The notes under the pieces are model-generated. The model saw only the letters and a list, made by a program, of their open reading frames with translations, did no database searches and was not told the origin of the DNA. Position numbers and translations under genes: made by a program. DNA of 39,189 nucleotides from an uncultured Sphingomonas sp. GTDB taxonomy: Bacteria; Pseudomonadota; Alphaproteobacteria; Sphingomonadales; Sphingomonadaceae. Shown one piece after another: positions 25,781 through 34,240 of the stretch. Within the stretch, counting starts at the first letter, position 1. Each line of letters opens with the position of its first letter. The stretch spans positions 1 to 39,189 of the forward strand of contig CBFRWL010000001.1 in NCBI GenBank assembly GCA_965727025.1, read 5' to 3'.

Positions 25781-26944
25781 TCAGGCGATCGCCGGCTTGG
25801 GCGGCGTCTGCGGGAAGCGCTGGTCGAAAACCCCCTCGGCGATGCGGTTCAGCAGCACTTCGATGGCGCCGCCGGCGATCATCCATCCGCGCGTGCGGCG
25901 TAGACAATATTCGACCAGGCCGTCCTCGCTGTAGCCCGATCCGCCCATGATCTGCATCGCCTCGTTCGCGCATTCGAAGCCGGCGCGGTTGCAGGCGATC
26001 TTGGCGATCGCGGTCTCTTCCGGAGACGGCAGGCCGGCATCCGCGTTGGTCGCAGCGCGGTAGAGCAGCAGCTGCGCGGCATCGAGCTTCAGCTTCATCT
26101 CGGCGAACTTCCACTGGAGCCCCTGGAACTCCATCAGATAGCGGCCGAACTGCTTGCGCGTCTTGGCATGCTCCACCGCCGCATCGAAGGCGAAGCGGCC
26201 GAGCGCCAGGCTGCGCGCGGTGTTGCCGATACGCTCGACGTTGAAGCCGGCCATCTGCTTCTTGAAGCCACCCGGCCCGAGCAGCACCTTCTCCTTCGGC
26301 ACATAGACATTGTCGAAGAAGAGCGGGTTCCATTCTTCTCCCGACAGGAAGCGGACCGGCTTGCCGAAGGTGAAGCCCTCCTGCCCGCGCTCGATCAGCA
26401 CCGATCCGATGTTGCCGGTCCCCGGCCCGTAGCGGACATAGACCAGGAAGCAGGTGGCGTGCAGGCCGTGAGTGGTGAATATCTTCTGGCCGGTCACACG
26501 GAAGCCGTCGCCGTCTGGCGTCGCCGTGGTGGTGAGCTCGGTCACCGCCGATCCGGCGTTCGGCTCGGTCATCGCCACTGCGATCAGGCCCTCGCCGGTG
26601 AGCAGCGGCTTCAGATACTGGTCCTGCTGCTCGGGCGAGGCGAACTGGGCGAAGGTGCGGATCGCGCCGAAATTGCCGGCCTGGATCACGTCGGCCGAGC
26701 GCGGATCGACCTTGGCGATCTGCTCGATGGCGATCACCGCGTCCATCAGCTTGCCGCCCATGCCGCCCTTTTCCTCAGGCACGGTGATGCCAAGCAGGCC
26801 GTTCTCGGCCATCAGCTTGGCGATGTCCCACGGATAATCGTCGGCATGAGCGCGCTCCAGCGCACCAGCAGCGAGGTTGCGCTGAGCGAAGCCCGCCACT
26901 GAATCACGGAACATTACCTGCTCTTCGTCCAGATCAAACTGCAT
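25781..26944 (-). CDS. acyl-CoA dehydrogenase (stand-alone, homomeric type)
   Basis: Track ORF 25781..27436 trimmed to the ATG at 26944 (MQFDLDEEQVMFRDSVAGFAQ...), with GGAGCAACG upstream. TEPNAGS, QKIFTT, GGSGYSEDGLVEY. Product is 387 aa. Confidence 0.9.
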   Translation of the reverse strand: MQFDLDEEQVMFRDSVAGFAQRNLAAGALERAHADDYPWDIAKLMAENGLLGITVPEEKGGMGGKLMDAVIAIEQIAKVDPRSADVIQAGNFGAIRTFAQFASPEQQDQYLKPLLTGEGLIAVAMTEPNAGSAVTELTTTATPDGDGFRVTGQKIFTTHGLHATCFLVYVRYGPGTGNIGSVLIERGQEGFTFGKPVRFLSGEEWNPLFFDNVYVPKEKVLLGPGGFKKQMAGFNVERIGNTARSLALGRFAFDAAVEHAKTRKQFGRYLMEFQGLQWKFAEMKLKLDAAQLLLYRAATNADAGLPSPEETAIAKIACNRAGFECANEAMQIMGGSGYSEDGLVEYCLRRTRGWMIAGGAIEVLLNRIAEGVFDQRFPQTPPKPAIA

Positions 26945-27134
26945 CGTTGCTCCGATCAATAAGTCATTTACGCGTCCTAGCGCAGCTTGGCGACGGATCG
27001 GAACGGCTGGAAGCCGTCTGGGTCCAACAATACGGATAGGCGATGAGTCATGCCGTTCCTTGACAGGCGTGAACCCTAAAACGAACGAGAGACCAGCAAC
27101 ATCCGCAGATTGTAGCCCACGCGAGAGAGACCAA

Positions 27135-29246
27135 ATGGAGCAGATCAACGAAAAGATTTCGATCCGTCGGGATGGCGACGTGGCGATCGTCGTGTCTGAC
27201 AATCCGCCGGTCAACGCCTTGGGACAGGTGGTCCGCGCCGGTCTGGTCGAGGCCTTCGCCCGCCTGGAGGCGGACGACAGCGTCAAGGCGATCGTGGTCG
27301 CCTGCGCCGGCAAGACCTTCTTCGCCGGCGCCGACATCACGGAGTTCGGCCGTCCCCGCCAGCCCCCCACGCTGCAGGACGCAATCGACCGGATCGAGCG
27401 CTGCCCCAAGCCAACCGTTGCCGCCATCCACGGCACGGCGCTCGGCGGCGGCTTCGAGGTGGCGCTGGGCTGTGCCTATCGCGTGATGGTGAAGGGTGCG
27501 GCGGTCGGCCTGCCCGAGATCAAGCTCGGGCTGTTCGCTGGCGGCGGCGGCACCAAGCGCCTCCCCCGCGTGATCGGACCGGAGGAGGCGCTGAAGCTCT
27601 GCCTGTCCGGCGAGCGCGTATCCGCAGAGAAAGCATTGGCGCTGGGCGCGGTGGACGACGTTGGCGAGGGCGACCCGATCGCGCTCGGCGTCGAGTTCGC
27701 ACGTTCCGTCATCGGCAAGCCGTTCACCCCGACCCGCGAGCGCGAGGACAAGATAGCCGCGACCCGCGCCGATCCCACCGCCTTCGACGAGCTGGCGAAG
27801 AAGCTCACCGCGCGCGCGACGGCGCAGGAGGCGCCGGCCGCCAACGTCCAGTCGGTGCGCGAGAGCTTCACCCTCCCCTTCGAGGAGGGCATGGCCAAGG
27901 ATGCCGAGGAGAATCGCAAGCTGATGGGCGGCAGCCAGAGCCGCGCGCTGCGCTACCTCTTCTTTGCCGAGCGCGAGGCCGCGCGCATTCCCAGCCTGCC
28001 GCCCGAAGCCAAGCCGCGCGAGGTGAAGAAGGCCGCGATCATCGGCGCCGGCACGATGGGCGGCGGCATCGCCATGTGCTTCGCCGGCGCCGGCATCCCG
28101 GTCGTGCTGATCGACGCGACGCAGGACGCGCTTGATAAGGGGCTGGAGCGGGTGCGCGCCAACTATGCCACATCCGTCAAGCGCGGATCGACCACGCAGG
28201 ACGCTGTCGACAAGCGGCTGGCGTTGATCTCCGGTTCGATCGATCGCGCCGCGGTCGCCGACGTCGACATCGTGGTCGAGGCGGTGTTCGAGAGCATGGA
28301 CCTCAAGAAGGAAATCTTCTCAGATCTGGAGAAAAAGGCCCGTTCCGGCACTATCCTTGCATCCAACACCTCGGCGCTCGATGTGGACGAGATCGCCTCG
28401 GTGCTGGAGCGGCCGGAGGATTTCGTCGGCATGCATTTCTTCTCGCCTGCCAACGTAATGAAGCTGCTCGAGGTGGTGCAGGCCGCCAAGACCGGGCCGG
28501 TGGCGATCCTCACCGCGATGGCTGTGGGCAAGACAATTGGCAAGGTGCCGGTCTGGTCGGGCAATTGCGACGGTTTCATCGGCAATCGCATGGTCGCCAA
28601 ACGCTCCGCCCAGGCCGAGCGCCTGCTCCAGCGGGGCGCCTTCCCGCCGCAGGTCGACGACGCGCTGACCTCGCTCGGCTTCCCGATGGGGCCGCTCACC
28701 ACCAACGACATGTCAGGTCTCGACATCGGCTATTCGATCCGCAAGCGGCGCGGCACGCCCTTCCCGATCGCCGACGCCATTGTCGAGAGCGGGCGGCTAG
28801 GCCAGAAGACCGGCGCCGGCTATTATCTCTACAAGCCGGGTGACCGTACTCCCTACCCCAATTCCGAGACCGACGAGCTGATCATCGAGACCTCCAAGAA
28901 GCTCGGCATCGAGCGAAAGGACATGAGCCGCGAGGAGATGATCGAGCGGCTGCTTTTCCCGCTGATCAACGAAGGCGCGCGTATTCTGGAGGAGGGCATC
29001 GCGCTGCGGGCCTCCGACGTCGATCTGGTCTGGATCAACGGCTATGGTTGGCCGCGCCATCTCGGCGGCCCGATGTTCTATGCCGACGAAGTCGGCCTCG
29101 CCCATATCGTCAAGCGATTGGAGGATTTCGCGTCCGACACGGATGATCCCTCGCTCAAGCCCGCCGCGCTGCTGCGGGAGCTGGCCGAAAGCGGCACGAG
29201 CTTTTCCGAATGGCAGCAATCCCGCACCGTCAAGGCGGCCGCCTGA
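27135..29246 (+). CDS. fused enoyl-CoA hydratase / 3-hydroxyacyl-CoA dehydrogenase (FadB/FadJ-like)
   Basis: Trimmed to the ATG at 27135 (MEQINEKISIRRDGDVAIVV). The N-terminal crotonase part has ACAGKTFFAGADITEFG. The central Rossmann part has KKAAIIGAGTMGGGIAMCFAGAGIPVVLID. Product is 703 aa. Confidence 0.9.
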   Translation: MEQINEKISIRRDGDVAIVVSDNPPVNALGQVVRAGLVEAFARLEADDSVKAIVVACAGKTFFAGADITEFGRPRQPPTLQDAIDRIERCPKPTVAAIHGTALGGGFEVALGCAYRVMVKGAAVGLPEIKLGLFAGGGGTKRLPRVIGPEEALKLCLSGERVSAEKALALGAVDDVGEGDPIALGVEFARSVIGKPFTPTREREDKIAATRADPTAFDELAKKLTARATAQEAPAANVQSVRESFTLPFEEGMAKDAEENRKLMGGSQSRALRYLFFAEREAARIPSLPPEAKPREVKKAAIIGAGTMGGGIAMCFAGAGIPVVLIDATQDALDKGLERVRANYATSVKRGSTTQDAVDKRLALISGSIDRAAVADVDIVVEAVFESMDLKKEIFSDLEKKARSGTILASNTSALDVDEIASVLERPEDFVGMHFFSPANVMKLLEVVQAAKTGPVAILTAMAVGKTIGKVPVWSGNCDGFIGNRMVAKRSAQAERLLQRGAFPPQVDDALTSLGFPMGPLTTNDMSGLDIGYSIRKRRGTPFPIADAIVESGRLGQKTGAGYYLYKPGDRTPYPNSETDELIIETSKKLGIERKDMSREEMIERLLFPLINEGARILEEGIALRASDVDLVWINGYGWPRHLGGPMFYADEVGLAHIVKRLEDFASDTDDPSLKPAALLRELAESGTSFSEWQQSRTVKAAA

Positions 29247-29270
29247 ACCCTCTTGCCCTGGAGCCAAGAC

Positions 29271-30107
29271 ATGAGCACGACTAACGAGTTCCTGCGCGAC
29301 ATCGACTATAGCGAGTTCGATTTCTTCAAGGTCGAGATCGCCGAGGATGGCGTCGCCACCGTCACCATGAACGACCCCGACAAGCTGAACGCCATCGGGC
29401 CACAGAACCATTGGCAGCTCGAGGATATCTGGCTGAAGCTCGGCCGTGACGAGCGGATCAAGGTGATCGTGCTCACCGGCGCGGGCAAGGCTTTCTCGGC
29501 CGGCGGCAACATCAAGCTGATGGCCGAGCGCGCGCAGACCGAATATGGCCTGAAATACGCGCTGCGAGTGCCGATCAACACGCTGCGCCTGTGGGACCAG
29601 ATCCTGATGACACCACAGCCGATCATCGCGGCGGTGAACGGCGACGCGATCGGCCTCGGCACCTCGCTCTTCGCCTTCTGCGACATGAGCATCGTCGCCG
29701 AGGACGCAAAGCTGGGAGATACGCACATCCGCGTCGGCCTCGTCACCGGCGACGGCGGAGCGGTGATGTGGCCGCTGCTGGTCGGCCCGCAGAAGGCCAA
29801 GGAATATCTGATGCGCGGCAAGCTCCTGAACGGCAGGAAAGCCGAGGAGATCGGGCTCGTCAACTACGCCTTCCCCAAGGAGCAGGTGCTCGAAGAGGCC
29901 CTGAAGATAGCGCGGGAGATCGCCGGACAGCCGATGTGGGCGGTGCGCTGGTCCAAGGCGGCGGTGAACAAGTGCATCCGCGACCAGGTGAACCTCACCG
30001 GCGAACTGTCGATCGCCTATGAGGCGATGACGATGATGACGCAGGACTACAAGGCGGCGACCACCGCCTTCGCCAACAAGGAAAAACCGGTCTTCAAGGG
30101 CTTTTGA
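29271..30107 (+). CDS. enoyl-CoA hydratase/isomerase (crotonase family)
   Basis: VIVLTGAGKAFSAGGNIKLM and AAVNGDAIGLGTSL. I prefer the ATG at 29271 (GGAG 8 nt upstream) over 29253. Confidence 0.85.
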   Translation: MSTTNEFLRDIDYSEFDFFKVEIAEDGVATVTMNDPDKLNAIGPQNHWQLEDIWLKLGRDERIKVIVLTGAGKAFSAGGNIKLMAERAQTEYGLKYALRVPINTLRLWDQILMTPQPIIAAVNGDAIGLGTSLFAFCDMSIVAEDAKLGDTHIRVGLVTGDGGAVMWPLLVGPQKAKEYLMRGKLLNGRKAEEIGLVNYAFPKEQVLEEALKIAREIAGQPMWAVRWSKAAVNKCIRDQVNLTGELSIAYEAMTMMTQDYKAATTAFANKEKPVFKGF

Positions 30108-30111
30108 GCCG

Positions 30112-31065
30112 ATGACCCGCTATCGCGCGCCTGCCGAGATCACCCGCGTCGCGGTGGTCGGCGCCGGGTTGATCGGGGCAGGCTGGGTCGCGGCCTTCCT
30201 CGCCGCTGGCCGCGATGTAGCGGTGCACGACATGGCGCCCGACGCCGAGACCAAGGTCCGCGATCATGTCGCGCGGGTCTGGCCCTCGCTCGAGGAGCGC
30301 GGGCTAGCGCTCGGCGCCTCGCCGGACAGGCTGAGCGTCCACGCGACGCTGGAAGAGGCGCTCGACGGAGCGCAGTTCGTGCAGGAGAACACGCCCGAGC
30401 GCGAAGGCGTAAAGCGCGAGCTGTTCAGCCGGCTGGGCGCGGCTTTGCCGCCCGACGTGCTGATCGCCAGCAGCACCTCCAACATGCCGGTGACCTTGCT
30501 GCAGGAGACTTGCCGGCATCCGGCGCGCTGCGTGCTCGGCCATCCGTTCAATCCGGTACATCTGATCCCACTGGTCGAAGTAGGAGGCGGCGAGAAGACC
30601 GATCGTGCGGCGGTGGACGCGGCGATCGCCTTTTATGCCGCGGTCGGCAAGCATCCGGTGCGGCTGGAGCGCGAGATCCTGGGCCATATCGGCAATCGGT
30701 TGACGGCGGCCATGTTCCGCGAAGCGGTGAGCCTCGTTGCCAACGGCGTCGCGACCGTCAAGGACGTGGACGACGCGCTTCGTTTCGGTCCAGCGCTCAA
30801 ATGGGCGATCCAAGGTCAGTTCACTACCTTCCACACATCGGGCGGCGCGGGCGGGCTCGGCGGCTTCCTCAAGCATTTCGGGCCGGGCATCGCCGGCCGC
30901 TGGGCGACGATGACGACGCCCGACCTTGCCGACGAGGCCCTGCAGGCCAAGCTTGCCGAGCAGGTCGCCGAGGCGCATCATGGCCGTTCCGTAGCCGAGG
31001 TTACCATGCGCCAGGACGCCTTGCTTGCCGAGCTGATCCGGCTGCTCGAGACGTCCCAGGACTGA
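30112..31065 (+). CDS. 3-hydroxyacyl-CoA dehydrogenase family protein (NAD-binding; L-carnitine dehydrogenase-like subgroup)
   Basis: RVAVVGAGLIGAGWVAAFLAAGRDVAVHD, ENTPEREGVKRELF, GHPFNPVHLIPLVEV. Confidence 0.85.
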   Translation: MTRYRAPAEITRVAVVGAGLIGAGWVAAFLAAGRDVAVHDMAPDAETKVRDHVARVWPSLEERGLALGASPDRLSVHATLEEALDGAQFVQENTPEREGVKRELFSRLGAALPPDVLIASSTSNMPVTLLQETCRHPARCVLGHPFNPVHLIPLVEVGGGEKTDRAAVDAAIAFYAAVGKHPVRLEREILGHIGNRLTAAMFREAVSLVANGVATVKDVDDALRFGPALKWAIQGQFTTFHTSGGAGGLGGFLKHFGPGIAGRWATMTTPDLADEALQAKLAEQVAEAHHGRSVAEVTMRQDALLAELIRLLETSQD

Positions 31066-31071
31066 GCACCG

Positions 31072-31590
31072 GTGACGAACCGGCCTGTCGAGGAGCTGGA
31101 GGCCGGCCGCCGTTTCTACGAGGCGCTGATCCCCGGGCTGGACGCCAGCCATTTCGGGCCGCTGTGGCACCTGATGACGCTGGGCCACCTGATCTACGCC
31201 GATCTCGACCGGCTGGCGGCGGGGCAAGGCCTCAGCATGGCAGACGTGCTTCTGCTCGGCACGCTTCGGATCGATCGGGAGCGACCCTATCGCGCCGTCG
31301 ATCTCGCCCGCTCGCTGTTTGTGACGCCGGCCGTGCTGACCGCGCGCATCCGCAAGCTTAGCGATCGCGGCCTGCTCACCCGCGAACCAAATACGAGCGA
31401 CCGTCGCACCGCCGACGTCCGTATGACCCGGGAAGGCAGCCGGCTCGTCGAGGCGGCAATTGCCAAGATCGCGCAGAACTCGAATTTCGTCCGGGCCTTC
31501 CGTCGCCTGAAGCCCGAGGATCGCGAAGCCTTGGCCCGCAGCCTCGGCGCGTTCCATGGCGAGCTGGATCGCATGCTGCCCGGCGCCTGA
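31072..31590 (+). CDS. MarR-family transcriptional regulator (GTG start)
   Basis: 172 aa. Winged-helix core AVDLARSLFVTPAVLTARIRKLSDRGLLTREPNTSDRRTADVRMTREG. It starts 6 nt after the upstream stop. Confidence 0.85.
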   Translation: MTNRPVEELEAGRRFYEALIPGLDASHFGPLWHLMTLGHLIYADLDRLAAGQGLSMADVLLLGTLRIDRERPYRAVDLARSLFVTPAVLTARIRKLSDRGLLTREPNTSDRRTADVRMTREGSRLVEAAIAKIAQNSNFVRAFRRLKPEDREALARSLGAFHGELDRMLPGA

Positions 31591-31607
31591 TTTCGGCCGC
31601 TGCGATC

Positions 31608-31621
31608 CTTTGGCCCCAAAG
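31608..31621. repeat. palindrome CTTTGG-CC-CCAAAG between the MarR gene and the downstream P450; candidate operator
   Basis: Two 6-bp arms are exact reverse complements, 18 nt after the MarR stop and 70 nt before the P450 ATG. Confidence 0.2.
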
Positions 31622-31690
31622 CAACTGTCGGTTCATCACCGTGCTCCGCCGGGATATGATCGCCGCCGGAAAAGTGATCAGGAGAGAGTG

Positions 31691-32986
31691 ATGAGCGACC
31701 GCGATTCCGGTATCGGCGGCCACGAGGCGGAGCCCCGCCGTCTGAAGACCCGCGCCGATCATCAGTTTGATCCGACAGATCCGGAGACGGTCCACGATCC
31801 CGGGCCGGCCTATTCGGAGCTGGCGGCCAAATGCCCCTTCTATCATTATGAGGGCAAGGACTATCAGTTCTACGTCACCAGCGACTATAAGGAGATTCGG
31901 GAGAAGATCCTCTCGGACAATCCGGTCTGGTCGTTCAAGTGGGGCGACGGGCCCCGGGATTGGCAAGAATTCAGCAATTTCGGTATCCTGACCGACCCGC
32001 CCTTCCACTTCGAATATATGACCGCGCTGCGCAAGGGCATGGCGCTCGCCCAGATCAAGGCCTATCGGCCGAGGATCGAGCAGATTGCCGACGAGCTACT
32101 GGACTCGATGGTGCGGGCTGAGGTGAAGCAAGGCAATTTCCACGATTTTTTCGCGCTGCCGCTGCCCGCGCGAGTGATCTGCATGCTGCTCGGCTCGGAC
32201 GAAAGCATGTACCCCGAATATAAGAGGTGGGGCGACGCGCTGATCGCTTCGCTGACAATGGACACTTCTGACGGAGCTGAAAACGCGCAATTCGAGGGAC
32301 TTCGGCCCTATTTCTTGGATCTGATCGAAAGGCATAAGCAGATCCTGCGTGATCATGGGATTGCCGAGCCGAGCTTCGAGAACTGGGGCCGGGAACTGCC
32401 CGCCGACTACATCTCGCTCGGGCTGGTCAGCAAGGTGGAGGGCCGGCGGCTGAATGACGAGGAACTCTTCCAGATTTGCACCACGATGATCACGGCTGGC
32501 CAGGAAACGACTGTCAGCCTGATCACAAACGCCGTCTGGCGCTTGCTGGAGGTGCCGGAACGTTGGGAGCGCCTGAAGGCAGAACCACATCTGGTGGAGA
32601 ATGTGATTGAGGAAAGCCTGCGCTACGATCCGCCGATCAGCGCGCATTTCCGCACGAGCGTCTGCCCGGTCACGATGCACGGCGAGGCGTTGCCCGAGCG
32701 CACCAAGCTGATGTTCTCGATGCACGGCGCAAACCGCGATCCGAAGATTTTCGACGATCCCGACACCTTCATCATGGATCGCCCCCTCAACGTCTCGAAG
32801 CGCCATATTAGTTTCGGCTACGGCGTGCATTTCTGCCTGGGGGCGCCGCTTGCCCGCATCGAGGCGATCATCGCGCTCACCAAGCTGGTGGAACGGCTGC
32901 CCGACCTGCGCCTGAACGGCGAGCGCAAGCGAATCGACAGCTGGATGTATAACGGCCTGAAGGAGCTGCCGGTCGCCTGGGGCTGA
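31691..32986 (+). CDS. cytochrome P450 (family not assigned; not CYP101-like)
   Basis: Trimmed to the ATG at 31691 (MSDRDSGIGG...) with a GGAGAGAG RBS. I-helix MITAGQETT, ESLRYDPP (ExxR), heme loop FGYGVHFCLGAPLA. Product is 431 aa. Confidence 0.9.
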   Translation: MSDRDSGIGGHEAEPRRLKTRADHQFDPTDPETVHDPGPAYSELAAKCPFYHYEGKDYQFYVTSDYKEIREKILSDNPVWSFKWGDGPRDWQEFSNFGILTDPPFHFEYMTALRKGMALAQIKAYRPRIEQIADELLDSMVRAEVKQGNFHDFFALPLPARVICMLLGSDESMYPEYKRWGDALIASLTMDTSDGAENAQFEGLRPYFLDLIERHKQILRDHGIAEPSFENWGRELPADYISLGLVSKVEGRRLNDEELFQICTTMITAGQETTVSLITNAVWRLLEVPERWERLKAEPHLVENVIEESLRYDPPISAHFRTSVCPVTMHGEALPERTKLMFSMHGANRDPKIFDDPDTFIMDRPLNVSKRHISFGYGVHFCLGAPLARIEAIIALTKLVERLPDLRLNGERKRIDSWMYNGLKELPVAWG

Positions 32987-33102
32987 GCATCGCGCAGACG
33001 AAGGTCATGGCGAACAGCCCGATCGAGGCCGTCGAGCCGACATGGCCTCAATCCGCGCTGCCTTGAACCCCGGTGACGAGGACGGGTCCGGCTGCCATCG
33101 GC

Positions 33103-34233
33103 TCAGGCCGCCGCGACGAGGCCGCCCGCGTCCGCCAGCGCATCGACGTGATGATCGGCATCGCCGAACAGCGCATCGATTGCGGTCAGCCGCTTGAAGG
33201 CGTGACCGACCTTATATTCGGCGGTGATGCCGATCGCGCCGTGCATCTGCACCGCCTGCTGGCCGATGAAGCGGCCCGCGCGACCGATCTGCACCTTGGC
33301 GGCGGCAATGTTGCGGCGGCGCTCTTCAGGCTCTGCGGTCAACGAGAGCGCGGCGAGCGTCGCCATCGACCGCGACAGCTCCAGCTGGATCAGCATGTCC
33401 ACGGCGCGGTGCTGGAGCGCCTGGAAACTGCCGATCGAGACGCCAAACTGCTGGCGCGTCTTAAGATAGTCGGTGGTAAGGTCGAGCGTGTCGGCCATCG
33501 CCCCCACCGCCTCGGCGGCGAGCGCGGCATTGGCCGCCTCGAACAGAGCCGGCAGGATCGTCGCCCCCGCCCCCTCGGCCCCGAGCAGCGCGTCCACGTC
33601 GACCGTCACGCCATCGAAGGTGATGCTCGCCACCGGCACACCGTCATAGCCGCGCTGGCTCACACGCCGCACGCCGGACGCGTCTCCGGGAACGAGGAAC
33701 AGCGAGGTTCCGGCATCGGCGCGCGCGCTCACCACCAATTCGTCGGCCGAGGCGCCATGCAGCACCGCCACCTTGGCGCCGTCGATCCGCCAGCCGTCGC
33801 CGTCCCGGGTCGCCGTGGTGCGTGCCTCCAGCGTGTGGCGCAGCGCGCCCGGCTCGCTGTGCGCCAGCGCCATGATCCGCTCGCCGGTGACGATCGCCGG
33901 GATGCGCGCTTCCTTTTGCGCGGCCGATCCTGCGAGGCGCAACGCCCCGCCGGCGAGGATCACGGTCGACAGATAGGGCTCGACGACGAGGCCGCGCCCC
34001 AGCGCCTCCATTACCAGCATCGTCTCTACGCCGCCGGCGCCGAAGCCGCCATCCTCCTCCGAAAAGGGCATACCGAGCAGGCCGAGCTCGGCCATCTCGC
34101 CCCACACTGCGCGGCTCCAGCCCTCCGGCTCCTTCATGATCTTCAGCCGCTCCTCGAAGCCGTAGCGATCGGCGACGAAGCGGGTGACGCTGTCGGAGAG
34201 CAGGCGCTGCTCGTCGGTCAGGTCGAAATCCAT
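33103..34233 (-). CDS. acyl-CoA dehydrogenase family protein, beta-type partner (second pair)
   Basis: Track ORF 33103..34356 trimmed to the ATG at 34233 (MDFDLTDEQRLLSDSVTRFV...ELGLLGMPFSEEDGGFG...MHGAIGITAEY). That start is 7 nt after the upstream ACAD stop. Confidence 0.8.
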   Translation of the reverse strand: MDFDLTDEQRLLSDSVTRFVADRYGFEERLKIMKEPEGWSRAVWGEMAELGLLGMPFSEEDGGFGAGGVETMLVMEALGRGLVVEPYLSTVILAGGALRLAGSAAQKEARIPAIVTGERIMALAHSEPGALRHTLEARTTATRDGDGWRIDGAKVAVLHGASADELVVSARADAGTSLFLVPGDASGVRRVSQRGYDGVPVASITFDGVTVDVDALLGAEGAGATILPALFEAANAALAAEAVGAMADTLDLTTDYLKTRQQFGVSIGSFQALQHRAVDMLIQLELSRSMATLAALSLTAEPEERRRNIAAAKVQIGRAGRFIGQQAVQMHGAIGITAEYKVGHAFKRLTAIDALFGDADHHVDALADAGGLVAAA

Positions 34234-34240
34234 ATGATCC

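Noticed and set aside
27059-27090. TTGACA hexamer as a sigma-70 -35 box for the FadB-like operon
   Set aside because: I found no acceptable -10 hexamer at 16-18-nt spacing. TAAAAC lies only 11 nt away. It is kept as a note inside the divergent-region finding, not as a promoter feature.
25758-27436. N-terminal extensions of track ORFs 24432..26333, 25781..27436, 33103..34356, 35516..37054, 31556..32986 and 27060..29246
   Set aside because: The extensions overlap the upstream genes or intergenic DNA and are compositionally odd. In each case an internal ATG with a Shine-Dalgarno sequence coincides with the start of family homology.
33030-33055. GAGGCC...GGCCTC hairpin between the convergent P450 and ACAD genes
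   Set aside because: It has only a 6-bp stem with a 13-nt loop and no U-tract, which is too weak to annotate as a terminator.
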